Assembly (NCBI GenBank): GCA_964571525.1 | Contig: CAZNBY010000001.1 | Coordinates: 4,647 to 68,646, forward strand | Length of the DNA stretch: 64,000 bases | Source: an uncultured Planctomycetota bacterium | Lineage (GTDB): Bacteria; Planctomycetota; B143-G9 | Direction: 5' to 3' | In this document: positions 47,153 through 57,439 of the stretch, one piece after another | Numbering within the stretch: the first letter of the stretch is position 1 | How the letters are laid out: every line of letters starts with the position of its first letter | Made by a program: the position numbers and the translations under genes | Notes under the pieces: generated by a model | The model's input: the letters and a program-made list of their open reading frames with translations, nothing else | Told to the model about the DNA's origin: nothing | Database searches by the model: none

Positions 47153-48539
47153 CTCCCCACTCGATCTCATCCTGGATTCTGTTCATCTCATTGATTGTTG
47201 CATCAAATGTCTCGGCCTCAATTCCGTATCTTTCTGACACATTTGCTTTGACAATGGTGTTGCGCCTCTTCCTTTTGCCTCCATCATTCATGTCAACAAG
47301 GTCTTTCTTTGACATATAGACTCTAAGCTTATCTGGCGTTAATAACTCAGAACTATCGTATCTTTCCTTTTCTGCAATTCGTCTCATGCGCGCATCATCG
47401 CGACCAAGCAAGATGAGTGTATTCAGCTCTTTGATAATATAATCGCTGTGCGTTGTGATGAATACTCTGACTCCGACATTGGCAAGCCGCGCAAACAACC
47501 GAGCGACTCGCCTCTGGTTATTCGGATGAAGGTTTAACTCTGGCTCATCAATCATAAGCAAGTCGCCTGGTTTTGCGAGATGCTTAACATAGAACACAAT
47601 ATCGAGCAATGACCTTACACAGCTTGAGCTTTCCACTAACGACAGCTTTACCCTTTTACTTGCTTCAGGAAGATACTGTATCTCGCCCCCATCCTTTGAC
47701 ACCTTGAATTCACCACCTATTATCTCAGAAAGAGCATCAATTATGTCCGGATGCTTCTCAGATATACTACTCGAAGCACTAACAATATTCGGCAGCTCGC
47801 GGATAAAATCCACATTTCTTCTTACGGGAATCGGGTAGTCAGCCTTGAAGTTACCCAGCAGGTCCATCGGATTGATCTTCCCATGTTTATTACCAAGCAA
47901 TGAGACGATGCGGTTACGAGTGAAGTCTAACTCGCGTTGGAATATCGCAGATCCTGTTCGTTCCGCACTTGCTATATACGGCATAGGAATTGCTTCCGAA
48001 TACACGATCTCCTTGACTGCACGGGAAATTGCATCCTTAATAAGATGCTGGCTTGGCAGCACCTCTGAGGCGGACTCGATAAGCAGAGATACTATTAGCT
48101 CGTCTGAATTCTGCTCTTTGCTGATATGAAGTATCGCCTTTTCGGAAGTCTTATAGTCAAGCGAAAATGCACTACTTTTCTGAATAGGCTGTGAGTCTAA
48201 TGAAGCCGAAAAACGCGATTCGGAAAAAAGTGCATCGTTACCAGCAAACACATAGGGTAGGTACTTCGTGTACTCCTCGCTTGCCTTAGTAAGGTGCACA
48301 TTGTAATCAGACATGAGATTTTTCAGGTCAAGCTTTATCACACCCTTTTCGCGTAAAGTACTTAGTGTGGCTTCTGGCAGGTCTATATTGAATGCGGATC
48401 TCCAGAAATCAAGAAAGCCGTATGTTGCATAGGTGGCATAGGTCTTGCCAGTGTTGTTCTCACCACAGATTATGGTGATGTCGCCGAGATCAAACTCAGC
48501 ATAGTCTAAAGCACCTATGTTCTGCACTTTCACTTTCAT
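47136..48539 (-). CDS. ABC-type (AAA_15/AAA_21) ATPase
   Basis: VQNIG, GENNTGKT, SSSCVRSL signature region, IDEPELNLHP, ITTHSDY. Confidence 0.9.
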   Translation of the reverse strand: MKVKVQNIGALDYAEFDLGDITIICGENNTGKTYATYATYGFLDFWRSAFNIDLPEATLSTLREKGVIKLDLKNLMSDYNVHLTKASEEYTKYLPYVFAGNDALFSESRFSASLDSQPIQKSSAFSLDYKTSEKAILHISKEQNSDELIVSLLIESASEVLPSQHLIKDAISRAVKEIVYSEAIPMPYIASAERTGSAIFQRELDFTRNRIVSLLGNKHGKINPMDLLGNFKADYPIPVRRNVDFIRELPNIVSASSSISEKHPDIIDALSEIIGGEFKVSKDGGEIQYLPEASKRVKLSLVESSSCVRSLLDIVFYVKHLAKPGDLLMIDEPELNLHPNNQRRVARLFARLANVGVRVFITTHSDYIIKELNTLILLGRDDARMRRIAEKERYDSSELLTPDKLRVYMSKKDLVDMNDGGKRKRRNTIVKANVSERYGIEAETFDATINEMNRIQDEIEWGDESND

Positions 48540-48737
48540 GTTTCACCTGCTTACCTATCAGCCAATGTCAGGCAATATGTTGCACCAAACCATTTAAAGC
48601 GGAAACAAGTTGAGCCACTTGCTTCGCTGTTATGCAAACTAAGCTTCGATGCAAACGGGATCAACAACTTAAATTGTACCGTGTTGAGTTTCTGTGTCAA
48701 AGCGAAGATACGCGCAGCAAACCCAGCTTTCGAGCAA

Positions 48738-48773
48738 TAAAAACGGCGCCCGCGAATCGCTTCGGGGCGCCGT
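48738..48773 (-). terminator. terminator after ydbL
   Basis: ACGGCGCCC/GGGCGCCGT stem then TTTTATT on the minus strand. Confidence 0.7.
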
Positions 48774-48796
48774 GGTGTTGCTTGCTTACAACAAAC

Positions 48797-49384
48797 TTAC
48801 TTCTTTTCCTTCTGCTTCTTGTCAAAGTCGGCCTTTGTCATCCATGTGCCAGCATCGTCCTGCACATAGTGGGTTGCCTTAGCGCTGTCGCGCCACTTAA
48901 GCGCGTAGATCTTCGCGACCTTGTCAACCTCATTTGGAACCTTGTTGATCTCAGCAACAAGCTTGTAAAGGAGTTTGCGGTCGTCGTTTTCAGCGCTTAC
49001 GAGCTTCTTAACCTCGCCCTTGGCCTTTAGGTCAAGATCGCCGAAATCGCGTACGCCTATGTAACCGTCAATCTGCTCGCCAATTACGCCCTTGTCATAG
49101 TGCGCAAGAAGGCTGTTGTCATAGCGGTCTTTCATCCGCTTCTTGACCTCTTCGATCTCTTTGTTTGTCTTGTCAATATCGGGCTTCGATTCCTCATAAC
49201 GGGTTATACCGTCTTGGTCGGTGTCAGGCGCAACAACAGCCGGGCCTGAGCGCATCTCTTTAACATCCTGAGCCGCCTGCTGCTCGATCTGAGCGGCTGG
49301 GAAGTTGATTGTGATGTTAACATCTCCGCACCCGAGCGCGAAGACCAATGCAAGCACCGCAAAGGCTAAAAGTGTGCGTTTCAT
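48797..49384 (-). CDS. ydbL: YdbL/DUF1318 family lipoprotein
   Basis: Lipobox LGC; IGEQIDGY, AENDDRKLLY, W...A...HYVQ...G.W. Confidence 0.8.
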   Translation of the reverse strand: MKRTLLAFAVLALVFALGCGDVNITINFPAAQIEQQAAQDVKEMRSGPAVVAPDTDQDGITRYEESKPDIDKTNKEIEEVKKRMKDRYDNSLLAHYDKGVIGEQIDGYIGVRDFGDLDLKAKGEVKKLVSAENDDRKLLYKLVAEINKVPNEVDKVAKIYALKWRDSAKATHYVQDDAGTWMTKADFDKKQKEKK

Positions 49385-49461
49385 ACTTGCCTCCCTTTGT
49401 CATTTGACGCTTTACGATACAGAATTATAGCACATGTTCGAAAATAACCACCAGAATCGCA

Positions 49462-52400
49462 TCAGTACTTAACCTCAAGCTCGCCACCCTCGCCGATTGA
49501 CTTCACCGCGCTTTTTATAGAAGACCAGATTGAACGCCAGTCGCCCTCAACCTTGCCAGCCACGCGTAAAATCAAACGGAAAAAACCGCTCCGCTGGCCC
49601 ATTAGAAGAATTGATTCCTTTTCGCCCTCCACCGGCCTGCCATCAGGCGCGCTTGAGACCCTGAGCCTTCCCTCTCTTAACGACGCGCCAATGCGAATGT
49701 ACTTATACTTAAACTTCGTCAGGTTGAAGATCTTCATCGCCGTGCGAACCTCTGAGCTGTTCAGCGCAATGACATTTACAACCCCTGCGGTAATAAGTTG
49801 CTTGCGCCCTTTCTTCTTGTCAGTATGCAGCCAAAGCTCAAACTTGCTCGGCGAGCCATATGCATACGCAAAGTTCTTTATGTACCCCGATATGTTACCG
49901 CTTACCGATGCCGCATAACCCTCAAATGCGCTCGTCATTTCAAGGAGGTCAATGTTTTCGATAATCACCTCGCTGAAGCCAAATTGCGAATAACGCCCAG
50001 CAATGAAATACGGATCGGTTATTGAGACGGTGCCGCCAAAGGCCGACAAAACTGCGCTTCCTTTCAACGACATGCCGGTTCCATCAATAGTACCGTCAAA
50101 ACCACCTTCTATCACGCCTTCAAATGCATCAAGCCCCATCGAGTCAAGCAATATCTGTGTAGAAACATGCTGAAGAGCGATCTTGACGCCCCCCTTGCGG
50201 TTGTTTAATGTGAAGTCGTTGATAACAAAATCGCTTATCAGAATCTCGCTATCGCCCGAACGAAGGTGGATAGGCTCGGTGATGCGGAGCAGGTTATCCC
50301 ACACAGTCAAGGTCAGTATCACATCCTTTTCGACATATCCGGCGAACGAGAGCGATTTAGCAAGCAATATGCCTTCCTTCAGTTCGCTGCCGTGTAGCGC
50401 AGTGTTCGCAAACCTGAAGGGCAGTTCAAGCTCAAAATCATGCAGCGAAAGTATATCAACACCCTCGTTTGGACCATCAAGCTCTGCAAAGCCGGATGCT
50501 TTAAGAACTCCATCTGCAAGCAATCCGCCTTTCGACAAATCGAAAAGCGAGCCGAACGATAGCGTCTCAAGCTCGCCGATTACATCCCCGTATCCGAAAA
50601 AAAGCTTGCCTGCGTTGAGCTGCGCGTTTATTCTTGGGTCTTGCCCCTCTGCGTGAAAACCAGCACTTATCTGAAGCAATTCATCAGTCTGAAGGTCAAT
50701 CGGCGTCGCTCCGCGGTATGGTTTAAGGCTGCACGAGAAACCCATGCAGTCCAATACCACATTTGCATCCAGAGTCGCGCCAGCGCTGCGCAGGCTCATC
50801 TTGCCGTTCGCGGTGCCCCTTGCGCGATATAGAACCTCCTCACCCTTTGCGAGCTGTTCGGTGTAAAAGAACTTGATCGTACGGTCAATGTTCAAACCAC
50901 TTATCGCCAAGTCGGCTGTCACATCACCGTTAGGAGCGACAGAGGCCGAGTTGATCCTTATCTCATCAAATAAACGTGCAAATTTAAGCGATGCGGACGA
51001 TATCTCAAGCCCCTTCTCCTCTCCATAACTACCTTGCGCCGATGCGGTAAACTCTTCTGCAATCGAAAAATAGTAATTCCCCGCAAGCAGGTCGCCCACC
51101 GTTATCGCGGTCTGCACCTTGAAATCCTGAACAGCACCGTCCTTGAGCTGGATGCTTCCAGACAGCTTTGCCCCAAATCCCTCGCCCATAATCTCTGGTT
51201 CAGAAATCTCGTAACCGGCAATTGCGGTCGAAAGGGCAAATTCTGCGTTGACTACGCCAGATACAATATCAGCCTTAGCGCTCAGTTCTGCTTCACCATC
51301 AAATTCACCCGGCACCAGTTCGGCTATAGTCGGCATTGCATTCAGAGCGGCTTGAATATTCGATAATTTAGCTGAAATCGTCGCGCTTGATACTTCGCCC
51401 CCATAATTGAAAGAGGCATGGCCGGAAGCGAACGGTAGTGTGTAGTTCGCCTTTACCTCAAGGGCTTCGGTCTCGAACATATATTTGGCATCAAATGCAA
51501 ATTCCGATGCGCCGGTTTTTGCGTTGAAGCGCTCTAAGAGCACAGCGATGGAATCCATGCGAACTTTGCCAGCATAGCAGTACTGGCCTTCAGCAAACGA
51601 GAAGTGGCCGTCTGTGGTCAGGCTCTTCAACACGAAACTATCGTGTTCCACCTGCCCGAACGATGTTGTTAAAGCCACTTCGCCGGCTTGTGTGTCGTCG
51701 CCTGTGTGCAATTTGGCCGAAATGCCCGTCGCACGAAGAGTAGGGTAGATTATGCTCGTCGCCTCTATTTCGACATCAGATGAAGACAGGTTGAAGTTGT
51801 CACCAGTCAACGCGCCTTTGATTACACCCTTAAAGCTCGCGCCCGCAACAGTAAGGTTTTCGGGAAGCGCAAGCTGGCACACACCAGCGGATAAAGCGCC
51901 GGATAGCTCGATTGCAGTCGAAACATTCCCCTTCTTTAGCTCGAACACTAAATCTTTTGCTACGATCTCATGCGCCTTTATTACTTCGGCATATTGAATT
52001 GTGTTTGCAGTGAGTGTGTGTATTGCGACATTCTCGGGAAGCATTTGTTCGAAACGACCTGACACTGATAGCATACCGGTGCAATCGCGCAGAGCAATAT
52101 CGGGATAGGTCAGATTGAAGGCGGCAAGCTCGACGGAGACAGAATAACCGTGCGGAGAGAGTTTTACCGACCCAGCGCGGAAGTCGCCCGAAAGGTCAAG
52201 TTGCGTCGGTGGAGCAAGTTCGTGTTTTTCGGCAAATCCCTTTAATGCAGGCAGGTCGAGTGATTTCCACGATGCTTCGAGCTTCCATTCACTATCCTTG
52301 TATTCAAAATCTATCGCACCAGATTTCAATATCGTATCAATATCCCGCACCTTGACCGCAATAAGGCCGTCTGGTGCAATTCTAATTCCTGCCCGAGTCG

Positions 52401-54177
52401 CAACATCCCCAAGAGACGAAACGCCCTGAAGCACGCCTAAAACCGTTATACGAACATCCGGGTCTGAACCCATCATCACAGCCCCGTTCAGCTTGGCACC
52501 TGCAATCGAGTCTTTAAACCCCTCCATCTTGAACTCAGCAGGTGGCAGCACAGCATCGTAGTTTATGTTCATGTGCTCGTTTTGGGCGGTTATGTTGGCT
52601 TTTATAGAAATCGCACCGGCAGATGGTTGCACGATCTTGAGTATCTCTGCCGTCTGAGGATGATAAAAAACCGGCATAAGCGCGTTAACATCCTCTGACC
52701 GTAGCTGTATTGATGCTGTCATCGCCCCCCGCGTAGGAATCTTCAATGATGCTTCGGCGTCAAATACGCCATCGCAACCCAGCTTGAAATCACCAGATGT
52801 AACCGCAGGAGCGATATTGAGCTTGCCAGATATTTTCGTCGGGGCTTTAGAGACGAATGCGCCATATTTCGTGCAGAAGCCCTTGGTTACAAGCGTCGCA
52901 CTATCAACATTAAGATCGAATATGGCGGGATTATAATGGAATGAACCATGAAGCTCGAGTTCCGATGGGTCAAGCGTGAACGGCAGAAGTTCAGGGTCAT
53001 ACACCAAACGATTCGCTTGTACAACACCACCCCCCCGCACAGTGATACCCTCTGCGGGAAACGAAAGCGCTAAATCGCCGTCGTATTTAACCTCTCCCGC
53101 TAACCGTATGTCCATTGCGGCAAGCCCCCACTGCTCGACAAGGGTTCGCGCATCGCCGACCGCCAGCTTCAGATCCAAGAGGTTAAGCGCGCTGTCGCGC
53201 CATGTTCCGCTGCAGGATAGTGCAGTTGCAGACTGAGCAGATGTGAGTTTTATGTCAGTAAGCTGTATATTGCTGTTTTCGACCAAAAAGCCAGCGGATA
53301 ACGCGAAGCTCACCTTGCCCGCTCCCCATCTTGCGGCTGCGACAAGTGCGTCGCTGAATTCCACTTCCAACTCGCCCTCTATCTTGGGGAGATCCGCTTT
53401 TGCAGTGAGTTTCTTTATATCAACTGTACCTGCGGGAAACTGCACGAAGCCCATGCCAAGCTCTTTTAAAAGCTCTGAGATTGCATGAAGCTCTATCTTC
53501 GATGCGGAGAGGGAGATGCTGGGTTTACCGCCTAATCCCAAGGCTTCAAGTATCAGTCTGCCACCATTCGCCGTCTCAATTATGACAAACAGCGTTGAAT
53601 CAAGCGATGCAGAAATGCCCAATCCCTTCACGGTAAGCGATTTTGCAACTAACTCGAATGTTCCATAGCGAACGACTCCCTTTCCGTCGAGGCTTATTTC
53701 AGATAACTCCCATTGAACTGGTGCGCTACTTGTTTGTTCAGGCGGTGTAGTCGGTTGCGGTTGCGCTTCTACTGGCTGTTCCGTCTTCTCCGATTCTGCC
53801 TTCAGCAGGTCGTCGAGTTCAACAGAGAACTCCACACCATCCAGACTTGCGACACCTATCTTTCGCTTGCCAAGTTCACCAAGTGACCAGCCCACCGAAG
53901 CTCTTTTCGCGGTTACTTTAGCGACCTTATCAAGCTCGAACTTGATGCCGTCGGCAACTACTCCAGATATTGGCGACAAGCCGACCTTTTCAATTCGCAC
54001 AGTTCCCTTGTGGCCAAGAAGCATCACTTCGATGTTTTTGCCCGAGAACCTGTTCTCAACATACTTCGCGCCGCCGAATATCCCCGCCAACAGCAATAAT
54101 AACAAAACAGCGAACACAAGGCTCGTTATGTTTGTCGTGCGCGCAAGATTAAGTCGCTGTAACTCTGTTTTCGCCAT
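49462..54177 (-). CDS. ydbH: AsmA/YdbH-like intermembrane bridge protein (1571 aa)
   Basis: N-terminal anchor, long amphipathic beta-strand pattern, directly upstream of ydbL. Confidence 0.7.
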   Translation of the reverse strand: MAKTELQRLNLARTTNITSLVFAVLLLLLLAGIFGGAKYVENRFSGKNIEVMLLGHKGTVRIEKVGLSPISGVVADGIKFELDKVAKVTAKRASVGWSLGELGKRKIGVASLDGVEFSVELDDLLKAESEKTEQPVEAQPQPTTPPEQTSSAPVQWELSEISLDGKGVVRYGTFELVAKSLTVKGLGISASLDSTLFVIIETANGGRLILEALGLGGKPSISLSASKIELHAISELLKELGMGFVQFPAGTVDIKKLTAKADLPKIEGELEVEFSDALVAAARWGAGKVSFALSAGFLVENSNIQLTDIKLTSAQSATALSCSGTWRDSALNLLDLKLAVGDARTLVEQWGLAAMDIRLAGEVKYDGDLALSFPAEGITVRGGGVVQANRLVYDPELLPFTLDPSELELHGSFHYNPAIFDLNVDSATLVTKGFCTKYGAFVSKAPTKISGKLNIAPAVTSGDFKLGCDGVFDAEASLKIPTRGAMTASIQLRSEDVNALMPVFYHPQTAEILKIVQPSAGAISIKANITAQNEHMNINYDAVLPPAEFKMEGFKDSIAGAKLNGAVMMGSDPDVRITVLGVLQGVSSLGDVATRAGIRIAPDGLIAVKVRDIDTILKSGAIDFEYKDSEWKLEASWKSLDLPALKGFAEKHELAPPTQLDLSGDFRAGSVKLSPHGYSVSVELAAFNLTYPDIALRDCTGMLSVSGRFEQMLPENVAIHTLTANTIQYAEVIKAHEIVAKDLVFELKKGNVSTAIELSGALSAGVCQLALPENLTVAGASFKGVIKGALTGDNFNLSSSDVEIEATSIIYPTLRATGISAKLHTGDDTQAGEVALTTSFGQVEHDSFVLKSLTTDGHFSFAEGQYCYAGKVRMDSIAVLLERFNAKTGASEFAFDAKYMFETEALEVKANYTLPFASGHASFNYGGEVSSATISAKLSNIQAALNAMPTIAELVPGEFDGEAELSAKADIVSGVVNAEFALSTAIAGYEISEPEIMGEGFGAKLSGSIQLKDGAVQDFKVQTAITVGDLLAGNYYFSIAEEFTASAQGSYGEEKGLEISSASLKFARLFDEIRINSASVAPNGDVTADLAISGLNIDRTIKFFYTEQLAKGEEVLYRARGTANGKMSLRSAGATLDANVVLDCMGFSCSLKPYRGATPIDLQTDELLQISAGFHAEGQDPRINAQLNAGKLFFGYGDVIGELETLSFGSLFDLSKGGLLADGVLKASGFAELDGPNEGVDILSLHDFELELPFRFANTALHGSELKEGILLAKSLSFAGYVEKDVILTLTVWDNLLRITEPIHLRSGDSEILISDFVINDFTLNNRKGGVKIALQHVSTQILLDSMGLDAFEGVIEGGFDGTIDGTGMSLKGSAVLSAFGGTVSITDPYFIAGRYSQFGFSEVIIENIDLLEMTSAFEGYAASVSGNISGYIKNFAYAYGSPSKFELWLHTDKKKGRKQLITAGVVNVIALNSSEVRTAMKIFNLTKFKYKYIRIGASLREGRLRVSSAPDGRPVEGEKESILLMGQRSGFFRLILRVAGKVEGDWRSIWSSIKSAVKSIGEGGELEVKY

Positions 54178-54239
54178 CGCTTTGCCACATTAGACTCAAG
54201 ATAGTATATCCGTATCTGAACAACTGTCGAGAAGTATGT

Positions 54240-54266
54240 AAAAAGGGGAGGCGTTTGCCTCCCCTT
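54240..54266 (-). terminator. terminator of rpsA
   Basis: AAGGGGAGGC/GCCTCCCCTT stem then T run. Confidence 0.8.
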
Positions 54267-54291
54267 AATTGAACTGCAAGACGCAAAAGTG

Positions 54292-56178
54292 CTATTCAGC
54301 GGTTTCTTGAGCCTTAGGCTCTTCGGTTTTCTCAGCAGGTTCCTGAGCAGGTGCTTCTGCTGCCTTCTTTTCAGCGGCCTCGGCCTTTTCAGCCGGAGTC
54401 TTCTTTGCGCGCTGCTTTTTGGGCTGTTCGGCGGCCTTTTGCTCCGCTTCTGCGGCAGCCGCTTCTGCCTGTTCGGCATCGTTTTTATGAAGCTCGCGCT
54501 TTTGTGCGTGTCTTTCGGCTTCAGCTTCAGGCTCGACAACTTCGCGAAGCGACAGGCGGATCGAACGCTCGGGAGTGTTGACAGTCAGGATCTTAACCTG
54601 TATCTCATCGCCCGCATCGAGTAGTTCACGAGCGGGAATGCGCTTATGCGACACTTCAGAGTGGGGCATAAAGGCCTCGACCTCGCCGATGTCAACAAAA
54701 ACACCCTTATCGGTGATGTTTGTTACCTTTCCGCTGACAACCAAGCCTTCGGTGTAGCGGTAGGGAATCGTGGTATCCCAAGGATTTTCTTCCATCTGCT
54801 TGAGCGAGAGGCTGATGCGCTTGCGCTCTGAGTCAATCGCAGTAACGACGGCCTTGATTTCGTCGCCCTTCTTAACTACTGCAGACGGATTTGTAATCTT
54901 CTTAGTCCATGACATATCGCTGACATGCAACAATCCCTCGATGCCGTCTTCGATTTCGATGAAAGCGCCGTAGGTTACGATGTTGCGAACCGTACCCGAA
55001 ACGACTGTGCCGAGTGGGAAGCGGTCGTTGATTGTATCCCATGGATTGCGCTCAGTCTGCTTCATACCGAGCGAGATTTCCTTCTTCTCGTTATTGATAC
55101 CAAGGATCACGATATCAACCTTGTCGCCCATCGAAACGATCTCTGACGGGTGGTTGATCTGGCGTGTCCATGACATTTCGCTGACATGCACAAGCCCTTC
55201 GATTCCCTCTTCAAGCTGAACAAACGCACCGTAGGGCATGATGTTGACGACTTTGCCTGAGTGAATCGAGCCGATGGGGTAACGCTCTTCAATGTTCTCC
55301 CACGGGCTTGCGGTCTTGTGCTTAAGGCTGACCGAAATTCGCTCGCGTTCCATATCAATCTTAAGGATGATGACTTCGATCTTGTCGCCGATCTTGACGA
55401 CATCGCCCGGGTGATTGACGCGCTGCCACGACATATCAACTATGTGCAACAGACCATCAATACCGCCGAGATCAACAAATGCGCCGAAATCGGTGATGTT
55501 CTTGACTTCGCCCGTGACCAAGCTGCCTTCCTTAAGTTCTGTGAGCAGCTTCTCTTTCATCTTATCGCGGCGATCTTCGAGCATCTGACGGCGCGATAGC
55601 ACGATATTGCGACGGGCATAATCAATCTTTATGACCTTTGCGTCAATGTCGCGACCGACAAACTCGCCTATGTCGTTGATGCGCCGTACATCAACCTGCG
55701 ATGCAGGCAGAAATACCTGTACGCCGATATCAACAAGCAAGCCGCCCTTGATTTTGCGGACGACGCGGCCGGAGACACTGTCGCCGAGCTTGTACTTCTT
55801 GATAACTGTTTCCCATCCACGGATACGATCTGCCTTGCGCTTCGACAGGATCATATCGCCTGTATCCTCGTCGAACGACTCAAGCAGCACATCAATTGGG
55901 TCGCCGGGTTGAATCTCGTCAAGCGAGTCGAACTCGTCGCGCTTGATAAAGCCTTCGCCCTTGTAGCCGATATCCACTACAACTTCATTCTCGTTGCAAC
56001 GGACAACATGACCACTGTAGATGTCACCTTCGCGAAACTGGGTGATACGCTGTTCGAGCAGGCTTTCCATCATGTTTGTGTCGAAAGCGCGGACTTGCTT
56101 TTCGACTTCGTCCCTAACTTGATCGCTTTCGACTATCTCGCGAAGACGATCAACAGGCCGAATGTGTTCTACTGACAT
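54292..56178 (-). CDS. rpsA: 30S ribosomal protein S1
   Basis: Six S1 repeats (GGLLVD, DFGAFVDLGGIDGLLH, YGAFVQLEEGIEGLVH...); A/E/K-rich tail. Confidence 0.98.
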   Translation of the reverse strand: MSVEHIRPVDRLREIVESDQVRDEVEKQVRAFDTNMMESLLEQRITQFREGDIYSGHVVRCNENEVVVDIGYKGEGFIKRDEFDSLDEIQPGDPIDVLLESFDEDTGDMILSKRKADRIRGWETVIKKYKLGDSVSGRVVRKIKGGLLVDIGVQVFLPASQVDVRRINDIGEFVGRDIDAKVIKIDYARRNIVLSRRQMLEDRRDKMKEKLLTELKEGSLVTGEVKNITDFGAFVDLGGIDGLLHIVDMSWQRVNHPGDVVKIGDKIEVIILKIDMERERISVSLKHKTASPWENIEERYPIGSIHSGKVVNIMPYGAFVQLEEGIEGLVHVSEMSWTRQINHPSEIVSMGDKVDIVILGINNEKKEISLGMKQTERNPWDTINDRFPLGTVVSGTVRNIVTYGAFIEIEDGIEGLLHVSDMSWTKKITNPSAVVKKGDEIKAVVTAIDSERKRISLSLKQMEENPWDTTIPYRYTEGLVVSGKVTNITDKGVFVDIGEVEAFMPHSEVSHKRIPARELLDAGDEIQVKILTVNTPERSIRLSLREVVEPEAEAERHAQKRELHKNDAEQAEAAAAEAEQKAAEQPKKQRAKKTPAEKAEAAEKKAAEAPAQEPAEKTEEPKAQETAE

Positions 56179-56356
56179 AAAAGGTTACCTCCGAAAATTG
56201 GCCGGAAGCACGATGCTCCCCGTCGCCGGTGTTAGTAAACCGCCACTTTAGCGGTTTTACATATTCTAAACCGTTCTATTGCAGGGACAATTAAAAGAAA
56301 GGCGCAGAAACAGCCTCGATAGGCCGTTTCCACGCCTTTTTAAAACGATTGCACTA

Positions 56357-57439
56357 TTAGCGGTTGTAGTCTTTTGCCTTTTCTATGCCATCAATCACGC
56401 GCAACGCACCGTCGCGCAATGCGCCCATTTCGTCCTCTCCCGGATATATTGTCGCAATAAGTCCGGCAGAATCGAGATAGTAGAGGATAATATTCATAAG
56501 CGGTTTGAAACGCGCAAGCCCGCCAGTTAGAATGACCTGATCCACCTTTCGCCCTTCGAAGGCAGGCAACAGGCCGCATATCTCCTTTGCGATTGCGTAT
56601 CCCATGCTCTTTACAATAATCACGACCTTCTCTTCACCGGCAAGATAGCGATTTTCGACATCAAGCATGTCGTTTGTACCGAGCAAGCCCACAACACCGC
56701 CCGAACCCTTGTTGAATTTTAACAGCTCTTCCTTTGTGTATTTGCCGCTGAAGCACAGGCGGATAAGGTCTCCAACCGGAGCCGTACCGCTGCGTTCGGG
56801 CGAGAAAGGACCGTCGCCGTCGAGCGCGTTGTTCACATCAACCACCTTGCCTTCTCTGTGCGCACCAACCGAAATTCCTCCGCCTAAGTGGGCAACAATT
56901 AGGTTGAGCTTGTCGTATGGTTTATTTACCTCGGTCGCATATCTCTTTGCGACCGCCTTGTGATTCAACGCATGGAATATTGACCTGCGCACAAGTCCGG
57001 GGAAACCAGTTAGACGGGTTACATCCATTTTTTCGTCAACTATTACTGGATCAACAATATATGCTGGACAACCCGCCTTCACGGCGATTTCGTTGGCAAT
57101 AAGCGCGCCGAGATTTGATGCGTGCTCGCCCTGAACCGCATTGTAAAGGTCGTCAATCATCTTATCGTTCACATTGTATGTGCCACCCTCTGGCAATGGG
57201 TACAGAAGCCCACCACGACCGACAACAGCGGCAATAGACTCCAACTTTACCCGATGTTCGCCAAGACCGTTTAGTATTATCTCAGCACGCATCTTATACT
57301 GGTCAATTATGCGCGTGAAAGGCGCGAGTTCTTCGTTTGAGTGCTTAACGGTTACGCTGAATATCTCTGTCTTGCGTTTATATGCAGCAAATTTAGTTGA
57401 TGTCGAGCCAGGGTTGATTACTACAATCACATCGGCCAT
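56357..57439 (-). CDS. buk: butyrate kinase
   Basis: INPGSTSTK, VGRGG, HASNLG, HALNHKA, HLGGGISV, GPFSPERSG, PGEDEM. Confidence 0.96.
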   Translation of the reverse strand: MADVIVVINPGSTSTKFAAYKRKTEIFSVTVKHSNEELAPFTRIIDQYKMRAEIILNGLGEHRVKLESIAAVVGRGGLLYPLPEGGTYNVNDKMIDDLYNAVQGEHASNLGALIANEIAVKAGCPAYIVDPVIVDEKMDVTRLTGFPGLVRRSIFHALNHKAVAKRYATEVNKPYDKLNLIVAHLGGGISVGAHREGKVVDVNNALDGDGPFSPERSGTAPVGDLIRLCFSGKYTKEELLKFNKGSGGVVGLLGTNDMLDVENRYLAGEEKVVIIVKSMGYAIAKEICGLLPAFEGRKVDQVILTGGLARFKPLMNIILYYLDSAGLIATIYPGEDEMGALRDGALRVIDGIEKAKDYNR

